NCBI GenBank assembly: GCA_965242965.1
Contig: OZ251518.1
Location: 448,001-512,000 of the forward strand
Direction: 5' to 3'
Source of the DNA: Candidatus Poribacteria bacterium
GTDB lineage: Bacteria > Poribacteria > WGA-4E > WGA-3G
DNA length: 64,000 nt
Shown piece after piece: positions 56,745 through 64,000 of this stretch. The position numbers and the translations under genes are program-made. Below the pieces are notes generated by a model that searched no databases, was not told where the DNA came from, and was given only the letters and a program-made list of their open reading frames with translations. Position 1 is the first letter of the stretch. Each line of letters begins with the position of its first letter.

Positions 56745-58340
56745 ATGAAAATAGGTTCTATTTCCCTTGCGTTCTTACCACTTTGTATCCTTTTAGTCCT
56801 TGTCGGCTCCGTGGGCCTCGCATTTGCTGCGGATGACGTGCACGGCGAACACCATGGCGGTGTGTCCGGCGAGAAACTTCCTATCTGGAGTGTCATCCCG
56901 TTCGTCGGCATTTTGCTCTCTATTGCGATTATTCCGGTAGTGGGAGATTCGCATTTCCTTCATCACCACGGCGGGAAGATGGCGGCGGCTTGGGCATTAG
57001 TCTTCGCTATTCCGTATCTCATCGCGTTCCGCGGCGACGCGTTTTACGACATTCTGCACATTTACCTGATAGACTACATTCCGTTTATCGTGCTGTTGTG
57101 GGGCCTGTTTACGGTTGCGGGCGGCGTTCTGGTGCGCGGCACCTTGCGCGGCACCCCGATAGTGAACACGCTTTTGCTCCTCATCGGCACCGCCATCGCC
57201 TCGTGGGTAGGGACGACAGGTGCATCGATGCTCCTCATTCGTCCGTTGATTCGTGCGAACGCGTATCGAAAAAACAAGGTGCATCTGATTGTCTTCTTCA
57301 TCTTCCTAGTAAGCAATATTGGGGGTTCTTTGACACCACTCGGAGATCCGCCGCTGTTTTTGGGGTTTCTGCACGGCGTTCCGTTTTTCTGGACGACTAC
57401 CGCGCTGTTCCCACACATGCTGTTTATCAGTATCATCTTAATCGTGCTTTTCTTCGCGCTGGACACCTTCATGTTTAAACGCGAAGGCGGTGAGGTGCCT
57501 GATGACGGCACCAGCGAACCGATTCGAGTAGAGGGGCTGTTTAACCTCATTTTCCTCGTCGGCATCGTCGCCGCTGTCTTGATGAGCGGCACGTTGAAGT
57601 TGGGCGAAGTGAACATTCTCGGCGTGCATGTCGCATGGCAGAACATCCTCCGAGACGTGACTATTGCGATTATGGGCTTCTTGTCACTCCGGTTTACGCC
57701 ATTTAGTGGCGAATTGCGTCAAGCCAACGAGTTTTCATGGGCACCGATTGAAGAAGTGGCGAAGGTGTTCGCCGGTATCTTTATGACAATTATCCCCGCG
57801 CTGGCGATTTTGAAGGCGGGCGAAAGCGGCGCGTTGAGCGCGTTAAACCGAGCGATTCAAGAATCATCGCACTACTTTTGGATAACCGGTATCCTGTCCA
57901 GTTTCTTGGACAACGCGCCGACGTATTTGACGTTCTATAACACTGCCCTTGGCAAACTGCATCTCACCGAAGACTTGGTGCCGCAAATTCTTACAGGACA
58001 GTTAGTGGAATCGCAGCACTTGGAGTTTGTGAAACTGCTCACCGCTATCTCTGTCGGTGCCGTTTTCATGGGTGCGAATACCTACATCGGCAATGCGCCG
58101 AATTTCATGGTGAAGGCGATTGCGGAGGATAGCGGCATTCCTATGCCGAGTTTCTTCGGCTATACCATCTGGTCTGGGGGAATTTTAATGCCGCTGTTTT
58201 GGATTGTCGCGCGGCTATTTTTCGGCGATGGGCTCGGGCTCATTGATATTGTGGTGCCCCTGGTTGTCATGGCGGCGTTCGTGCTGCTCCTCTTCTTCTC
58301 ACCGCTGGCACGAAAACAGAGCGAAGGGAACGAATCGTAG
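56745..58340 (+). CDS. Putative sodium:proton antiporter (IT superfamily)
   Basis: Polytopic membrane protein; GTTGASMLLIRP, NIGGSLTPLGDPPLFLG, SSFLDNAPTY, TYIGNAPNFMV motifs. Confidence 0.8.
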   Translation: MKIGSISLAFLPLCILLVLVGSVGLAFAADDVHGEHHGGVSGEKLPIWSVIPFVGILLSIAIIPVVGDSHFLHHHGGKMAAAWALVFAIPYLIAFRGDAFYDILHIYLIDYIPFIVLLWGLFTVAGGVLVRGTLRGTPIVNTLLLLIGTAIASWVGTTGASMLLIRPLIRANAYRKNKVHLIVFFIFLVSNIGGSLTPLGDPPLFLGFLHGVPFFWTTTALFPHMLFISIILIVLFFALDTFMFKREGGEVPDDGTSEPIRVEGLFNLIFLVGIVAAVLMSGTLKLGEVNILGVHVAWQNILRDVTIAIMGFLSLRFTPFSGELRQANEFSWAPIEEVAKVFAGIFMTIIPALAILKAGESGALSALNRAIQESSHYFWITGILSSFLDNAPTYLTFYNTALGKLHLTEDLVPQILTGQLVESQHLEFVKLLTAISVGAVFMGANTYIGNAPNFMVKAIAEDSGIPMPSFFGYTIWSGGILMPLFWIVARLFFGDGLGLIDIVVPLVVMAAFVLLLFFSPLARKQSEGNES

Positions 58341-58518
58341 GGCGGATGTCTATGGGTTCCGCCCTACGCTATGAAGGCGGATGTTCTTTCACCTGCCTCT
58401 CATCAAAAACCGAGATATCGGCAACGTCAATAACGTCGATATCGGCACTATGCAGAGCGATGTTCATCAACGTATGAGCTTTCTCAAACGCTTTGCGTCA
58501 ATACGGAAATATGAAAAG

Positions 58519-59979
58519 ATGCCAATAGAAATACCAAATATAGACTGGCAACTGCTGATGCCGGAACTAGTCATCATTTCAACGTTGTTCCTCGTCCTTA
58601 TCTTCGACCTGTTTGACGCTATTTCAAAGCAGGTGCTTGGATGGGTGACACTTTTGGGTGCAGGGATTGCGCTATGGGTATCGGTAACGATGCGCATCGA
58701 AGCGACTTATGGCACCGTCTTTGGCGGGATGTTTTCGGTAAATGGGTTCTCCCTGTTCTTTAACATCATATTCCTCGTTTCAACCATCCTCGTGTCCCTG
58801 ATTTCGCTTCAGTATCTGCGCGGTAACGGGGTAGATGGTGGAAGAGAGAGGAGCCAAGGGCCTTATTACCTGCTCATCTTGCTTGCGACGCTCGGCATGA
58901 TGCTAATGGCGGCGGGCAATGAACTCATCGTCGTGTTCCTCGGCTTGGAATTGATGTCGCTGTCGCTGTATGTGTTGGCGGGCTATTTCCGCGAACGCTC
59001 CGTTTCCAGTGAGGCGGGAATGAAATACCTGTTGCTCGGTGCATTCGCGAGCGCGTTCTTCCTCTACGGTATCGCGCTCCTCTACGGCGGCACCGGTACG
59101 ACGAGTCTTCCGGAAATTGCAACGGCTGTTGCGTCAGGGAGTCCATCGCCGTTGCTGCTCGCGGGGATGTTCCTGCTCATCGTTGGGTTCGGGTTTAAGG
59201 TCGCGATTGTGCCGTTCCATCAGTGGGCACCCGATGTTTACGATGGCGCGCCGACGACGATTGCGGCGTTCATTTCCGCGGGCCCGAAAGCGGCGGGATT
59301 TGCTGCCTTCCTACGGATTTTCACGGAAACACTGCAGAATTTGCACACGGAGTGGAGCGGCGTTGTCATCCTCTTGGCAATGTTGACGATGACAGGTGGG
59401 AATATTCTCGCGATTGCACAGACGAACATCAAGCGGATGCTCGCCTATTCAAGCATCGCGCACGCCGGTTACGTGCTGATAGGCGTAGCAGCGGCAAATC
59501 AGGAGGGTATCTCTAGTGCGATGCTTTATCTACTCGTTTATTGCATTATGAACATCGGCGCGTTCGCCGCTGTCATTTTAGCACAAACGTCAACGGGTGA
59601 ACGGTTGGCAATTTCGGAATACGCGGGGCTCGGATTTAGGAAGCCGCTGCTGGCCTTGTTCCTGACGGTGATGCTGTTATCGCTGGCAGGTTTTCCACCG
59701 ACAGCGGGGTTTGTCGGAAAATTCTACGTCTTCAAATCGGCGGTGCAGGCGGGACATTTCTGGCTTGTCGCCATCGGTGCCGTTAACACAGCAATCTCGG
59801 CATTTTACTATCTGCGGGTTGTCGTGACGATGTATATGCGTGAGCCGGCGGGAGAAGTGGATGTCTCTCCGTATCCACGGACGCTGATAGTGGGGCTTGT
59901 CCTCGCGGCGATTGGCGTGTTGCTGATTGGAATTTTGCCATCGTTGGTGTTCAATTCTGCGCGGAATTCGGTGCTGTGA
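58519..59979 (+). CDS. nuoN: NADH-quinone oxidoreductase subunit N
   Basis: LELMSL..Y.L, EAGMKY, FK...VPFHQWAPDVYDGAP, KRMLAYSSIAH, GFVGKF. Start chosen at MPIEIP (ORF track starts at 58381). Confidence 0.95.
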   Translation: MPIEIPNIDWQLLMPELVIISTLFLVLIFDLFDAISKQVLGWVTLLGAGIALWVSVTMRIEATYGTVFGGMFSVNGFSLFFNIIFLVSTILVSLISLQYLRGNGVDGGRERSQGPYYLLILLATLGMMLMAAGNELIVVFLGLELMSLSLYVLAGYFRERSVSSEAGMKYLLLGAFASAFFLYGIALLYGGTGTTSLPEIATAVASGSPSPLLLAGMFLLIVGFGFKVAIVPFHQWAPDVYDGAPTTIAAFISAGPKAAGFAAFLRIFTETLQNLHTEWSGVVILLAMLTMTGGNILAIAQTNIKRMLAYSSIAHAGYVLIGVAAANQEGISSAMLYLLVYCIMNIGAFAAVILAQTSTGERLAISEYAGLGFRKPLLALFLTVMLLSLAGFPPTAGFVGKFYVFKSAVQAGHFWLVAIGAVNTAISAFYYLRVVVTMYMREPAGEVDVSPYPRTLIVGLVLAAIGVLLIGILPSLVFNSARNSVL

Positions 59980-60182
59980 TTGTTGGGGGTTCTCCTACCG
60001 GAGTTAATCGAGACTAGGAGGGCTCTCCTACTGCCTTTCAAGATGGGAAAGACTCTTACCGGGGACAACTGAATCGCCTTGTCCTCATCACGCCGAGCTT
60101 GACAGTTGCTTCTTGAATAGGGTATCATATACTACCAAATTCATTTGATTCGCCTTGCTCTTGCAGGTAGAAGGTATAGATT

Positions 60183-60675
60183 GATGCAGAAAACTGAGCA
60201 TGATAACGACGAGGAACACTCTGTCCAAGATGCTGTGGAAGAGGGATACGCGGCTTTTCCGGGCGGTATTCCCAAAAGATGGTTAAATCCTGCGATTTAC
60301 CTCTTCCTCACATTCTTGGGGGTGTATGCCTTATGGGTTGGCAGTGGGGAGATTCTTGATGGCAGAAAAGCAGGCATCCATCTGCGGATAACGATGGGAG
60401 TCATCTGGTCACATCTCTCTGATTTCGCTTTCAACTTAACAATCGCCATGATTGGCGGTAGCAAAATATTGGAGCGTGTCATGTATTATTTACAGGCGAA
60501 GAAATTAGCGAAGCAGCTGGAACGGCGGGCTGAAGCGGCGGAACGGCTCGCGGCAGAGTATAAACAGCAGCTGGAACAGGCGCAACAGCACCTTGAGCAG
60601 GAACGACTGCGCGCCGATGCGGCTGAGAAGCGCGCCGATGCGGCAGAAGCAAAAAACGGCAGCGATTCGCAATAA
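60183..60675 (+). CDS. Hypothetical membrane protein with C-terminal coiled coil
   Basis: Two hydrophobic segments, then ERRAEAAERL...RADAAEKRADAAE; own promoter candidate TTGACA-18-TATCAT at 60099-60128. Confidence 0.65.
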
Positions 60676-60772
60676 ACGCGGCTCGCGTCTTTGTATCGCG
60701 GGGGACAGGCCCCCGCGAGTGTTGCTCGAAGGAGAGGGACAGGAGCCCCTCGCGCTACGGTATCGGCAGCCT

Positions 60773-61507
60773 CTAGCCGGATTCGTCCTTTTTCTTCGGG
60801 CGATACGCGGTCAGGTGCGGTGGAAGCGGCAGATATTTCCGTCCCTTTTTCCGCTCTTTTTCCGATTGTTCTGCCAAGTGCTCGTAGAGTTCATCGATAG
60901 TCTTGAACTCTTCGCTGATTTCCCGTTTGATGCGGTAGCATTCTTCAAGGACCGGGTCGGTGTAAGTCTCCGGGTCAAAGTCGGGAACCGGATACTTTTG
61001 ACGTATTTCTTTCACGACAAATTCCTCCATTAAGGTTGTCGGCGTGCAGATAATGACAGGCTGAAACCCAGCGGCTTCGCACACGCGGCGAATCTGCCGC
61101 AGTTGATTTTCATTCACGAGATGCTTGTGGTTCCACGAGGCAAGGTAGTCCACGCCATACACTGTGGCGATGGCGGTGTGTTCAGCGTCCGCTCCCGAGT
61201 TTTCTGGTATGGCTCGCGCCGCGACCAGCTGCCGCGCGAGCGCACGCGCCTGCGAGGACAGGGGCAAACTGTGTAGATGTGCTATCGCTGCCTCTCGTTT
61301 CATCGCTTGGAGCGTGTCACCTCTGCGGATTTCAACGAGGACTGAATCTGAAACCACAAGATCAAATTGATGCTGATAGTCGTTCAGAAAACGGCGGCTT
61401 TCTGCTTGCCATGCTGCTAATTTCGGGTTAGCACTTGGGTCCGCCACCGCGTAACTGATAACCGTCGGATCGAGATAGACCCGAGGGTTTTGCGCATAGG
61501 TTAACAT
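60773..61507 (-). CDS. PIN-domain toxin fused to an antitoxin-like C-terminal domain
   Basis: VYLDPTVISY, VSD.V..EI..GD, DAEH.AIA...DYLASWN.KHL.N, ICTP, then a DPVLEECYRIKREIS module. Confidence 0.8.
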   Translation of the reverse strand: MLTYAQNPRVYLDPTVISYAVADPSANPKLAAWQAESRRFLNDYQHQFDLVVSDSVLVEIRRGDTLQAMKREAAIAHLHSLPLSSQARALARQLVAARAIPENSGADAEHTAIATVYGVDYLASWNHKHLVNENQLRQIRRVCEAAGFQPVIICTPTTLMEEFVVKEIRQKYPVPDFDPETYTDPVLEECYRIKREISEEFKTIDELYEHLAEQSEKERKKGRKYLPLPPHLTAYRPKKKDESG

Positions 61508-61513
61508 GCAACT

Positions 61514-61542
61514 ATTATACCACAAATTTCAACGAATGTCAA
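61514..61542 (-). promoter_or_regulatory. Consensus sigma70 promoter, leaderless PIN transcript
   Basis: Minus strand TTGACA-17-TATAAT with TG extension; ATG 61507 falls at the expected +1. Confidence 0.8.
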
Positions 61543-61725
61543 GAAAATATCATGTTAACCCCAGAATCGTTTAGTGCGCAGAACAACGGTTAAGACAGAT
61601 TGCTAGAGTTAGCAGATTTGGATTAATCGGGCGCAGTGCTTTACGGCGGTGCAGGCAGCGGCCATAGAAATCCATGCTTCCGGTCGCCCCGATTTGCGGA
61701 AATCGTAAAAATTTTGAAATTTTTT

Positions 61726-61754
61726 TTGCATTTTCTTAATTTTTGTGGTATAAT
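61726..61754 (+). promoter_or_regulatory. sigma70-type promoter of the atp operon
   Basis: TTGCAT, 17 nt, TG-g-TATAAT. Confidence 0.72.
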
Positions 61755-61832
61755 ATATAGCGTTGTCTAATGTAAAAGGTGCACGATTGCAAAGCGCGCC
61801 TACCGAGGTGTCTGCTTTGAGAGGGAATAGCC

Positions 61833-62126
61833 ATGTTTAAGCGTCGGATGAAACAGTTCAAGCACGAGAATATCGGCATGTTTGACCTTGCTTCGATTGG
61901 TTTGACGCTTGCTTTAGCGATTGGCATCGGCGCGTTCGGTGGCAAGTGGCTCGGGGGGAAATTAGGCAACGAAACGGTTGGATTGTTCATCGGTTTCGGG
62001 CTGGGCGTTGCGGCGGGATTCATGGAGATGTTCCGCGCCGTCGCCCGATGGAACCGACACCTGGAAGGGGAAGAGAAACAGCGGCGTGAGGCAAAACGTC
62101 GGGAACAGAAGGACCCGCCTCAATGA
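61833..62126 (+). CDS. AtpZ/AtpI-family small membrane protein (ATP synthase gene 1)
   Basis: Two Gly-rich TM helices (IGIGAFGGKWL...GLFIGFGLGVAAGF); first gene of the atp operon. Confidence 0.8.
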   Translation: MFKRRMKQFKHENIGMFDLASIGLTLALAIGIGAFGGKWLGGKLGNETVGLFIGFGLGVAAGFMEMFRAVARWNRHLEGEEKQRREAKRREQKDPPQ

Positions 62127-62527
62127 GTTCTGCTTTTGAAGTGGATGACCGGTTTATCCGACACATCTATATTTTAAGCATCATTTTCACGGTGCTGATT
62201 GCCGGGCTACTTTTCTGGTTCAAACGGAGCGCGGTGCCGAGTTTTCTCATCGGCAGTGCTATCAGCCTGAGCATGCTCTGGTCCGTAGAGTTTGTCGTTC
62301 GCAGGCTTATCCGGCCCGGGAAATCGGCAAAGACGAAATACCTGCTCGGTGCAATCGCACTCGGTAAGTATGCGGTGCTTGGAGGCTGCCTCTACCTGCT
62401 CTTTAAAATGGAGTGGCGGAACGACTACGCGCTCGCTGGCGGGATTGCTTTAACGCAAGTTGCAATCATCTTTAAAGCGGTGGGGCTCATCGTGTCACAC
62501 CTCTCAAACGCGAAAAACGAAAAATGA
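62123..62527 (+). CDS. atpI: ATP synthase subunit I
   Basis: Four TM helices; lies immediately before atpB. Confidence 0.75.
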   Translation: MSSAFEVDDRFIRHIYILSIIFTVLIAGLLFWFKRSAVPSFLIGSAISLSMLWSVEFVVRRLIRPGKSAKTKYLLGAIALGKYAVLGGCLYLLFKMEWRNDYALAGGIALTQVAIIFKAVGLIVSHLSNAKNEK

Positions 62528-63351
62528 TAAAACGATTGTGGATCTTTTTAACTTTCGGCATGAGCCTCGCAAGTTCCGGCTGGGCGGCGGAAGACGCGCA
62601 CCGTTCTTGGCTCAAGCCGCTTTCAGATGTGCTGCCGAATAATATCATTCCGGAACCAGGACGGTGGCATCAACCAGACCTGATTGCGAATACCTACTTC
62701 GCGGTCGTCCTGCTCACCGTGCTTTTTGTCTTCGCGACGCGCAACCTGAAACAACTGCCGGAAGGAAAAGGACAGACCTTGTTGGAGTTGTTTGTCGGTG
62801 GGATAATGGATTTCTTCGGGGGCATCCTCGGCGAACACGGCAGGAAGTATGTGCCGTTCGTTGGCTCCTACTTTATCTTTATTATCACGCTGAATTACTT
62901 GGGGTTGATTCCCGGTTTTCAGTCACCGACTGCCGATCTGAATACCACGCTCGCCCTCGGCATTTCAGCCGTGCTCGGCGTTCAAATCATCGCTATTAAG
63001 GAAAACGGACTCGGCGGTTATCTGAAGCACCTGCTCGGAGATCCGCCGTGGCTTGGGATTCTGATGTTTCCGCTAGAAGTGATTGCGCAGCTCTCACGGG
63101 CCGGTTCGCTTGCTATTCGGCTTTTCGGGAATATCTTCGGGGAAGAATCGGTTATTATTGAGCTCACTAAACTGGGACTCATCCTGACGATTGCCTCTAT
63201 CCCATTTTTACCCGTGCAAGTCCCAATGCTCTTCTTTGGGCTGTTCGGCGGTTTTCTACAAGCGTTCGTTTTCACGCTTTTAACCTCAATTTACATTGTG
63301 CTGTTTGTAGAGCACGACGCGGATGCACACGGTGCTGAAGCGCATCATTAA
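62524..63351 (+). CDS. atpB: F0F1 ATP synthase subunit a
   Basis: NYLGLIPG, PTADLNTT, SLAIRLFGNI, LQAFVFTLL..IY. Confidence 0.97.
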   Translation: MIKRLWIFLTFGMSLASSGWAAEDAHRSWLKPLSDVLPNNIIPEPGRWHQPDLIANTYFAVVLLTVLFVFATRNLKQLPEGKGQTLLELFVGGIMDFFGGILGEHGRKYVPFVGSYFIFIITLNYLGLIPGFQSPTADLNTTLALGISAVLGVQIIAIKENGLGGYLKHLLGDPPWLGILMFPLEVIAQLSRAGSLAIRLFGNIFGEESVIIELTKLGLILTIASIPFLPVQVPMLFFGLFGGFLQAFVFTLLTSIYIVLFVEHDADAHGAEAHH

Positions 63352-63490
63352 TTTTGATATAGAACAGACGCAGATTTCCGCTTTCTAACTGTGTTGCGCT
63401 AGTAGGAGGGACCTCCTGGTCTCGATGCAATACCGTGTTGCGTCCGTTCCTATGATAAAAGAACCTGAAAGTTTAAGGAGGCTTTTGATA

Positions 63491-63787
63491 ATGATTTATC
63501 TAGCTGTTTTGGCATTTGGCGTGACCTTGGGGCTGCCAATTGCCGTGATTTTCGCATCAACCGCTCAAGGCAGAGCCACTAGCACTGCCCTTGAGGGAAT
63601 CGCCCGTCAACCCGAATCCGCTCCACGCATCCAGACCGCGATGATCATCGGTTTGGCACTCATTGAATCGCTCGTTATCTACGCGCTGTTGATGTTCTTC
63701 ATCCTGCAGGCGAAACTCCCCGAAGGCGACATGTTAAAGCAGATGATTCAATCTGATGCACAACGTGTCACAACGCAACAGCGGTAA
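63491..63787 (+). CDS. atpE: F0F1 ATP synthase subunit c
   Basis: GIARQPE loop, GLALIESLVIY; SD AAGGAGG precedes ATG 63491. Confidence 0.96.
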   Translation: MIYLAVLAFGVTLGLPIAVIFASTAQGRATSTALEGIARQPESAPRIQTAMIIGLALIESLVIYALLMFFILQAKLPEGDMLKQMIQSDAQRVTTQQR

Positions 63788-63815
63788 GTTAACGGCAGAC
63801 CACGGGATACGAACG

Positions 63816-64000
63816 ATGGTAACAAAAATCTACCGAATCATGCGCTGTTCGTGCAAGCCGCTTCGGCTAGCGGTGTGTCTCATGCTGATAGGTTTCGCAG
63901 CAGCGAACGTGTTTGCTGCTGACGAAACCGCGGCCGATGGAGGAGGGCTCTTGGCCCTCATTGGAATCGATCCGCAGACGATTATCATCCAAGTCATCGG
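63816..64000 (+). CDS. atpF: F0F1 ATP synthase subunit b, 5' part; truncated by the window end
   Basis: Open frame MVTKIYR...FAADETAADGGGLLALIGIDPQTIIIQVI directly after atpE; resembles subunit b N-termini. Confidence 0.7.
   Translation, partial: MVTKIYRIMRCSCKPLRLAVCLMLIGFAAANVFAADETAADGGGLLALIGIDPQTIIIQVI

Noticed and set aside
1-64000. tRNA, rRNA, tmRNA, prophage or transposase genes
   Set aside because: No recognisable cloverleaf or rRNA signatures and no phage, integrase or transposase ORFs were found by inspection. A covariance-model scan would be needed to exclude small RNAs fully.

Overview
A GC-rich bacterial chromosomal segment. Gene style suggests Candidatus Poribacteria or a similar lineage (inference from the lamin-tail/Ig surface protein with an 'LPVELSSF...LTTFGEVK' tail and the LRR-dockerin-'NYPNPFNPETWIPY' protein). 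The backbone is housekeeping: rimP-nusA-ylxR-infB-ylxP-rbfA-nrnA-ribF-rpsO-pnp, gcvT/H/P, trkAH, pdxH, a nuo (complex I) operon lacking nuoI and carrying a VOC gene and a Na+/H+ antiporter, and the start of the atp operon. Overlaid on it are: (i) a 7-kb accessory block with two tandem DNA methyltransferase-Mrr-like nuclease paralogues that differ in the target-recognition region and are each cut off from their SD-led ATG by a poly-C tract (C8 vs C9), followed by a tandemly duplicated TPR + PD-(D/E)XK nuclease gene pair; (ii) two PIN-type toxin-antitoxin loci, one fused with an internal restart; (iii) dense GTAG-type REP palindromes of at least three families, several inserted in-frame in proteins, most strikingly the tRNA nucleotidyltransferase; (iv) a TIR/TSD-bounded MITE carrying REPs; (v) a 9-bp-periodic AATCCTG repeat family at gene junctions; (vi) a poly-C/terminator-hairpin leader ahead of the 1360-aa surface protein. 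No rRNA, tRNA or CRISPR array was recognised. Family assignments are from motif recognition only; no database search was run.
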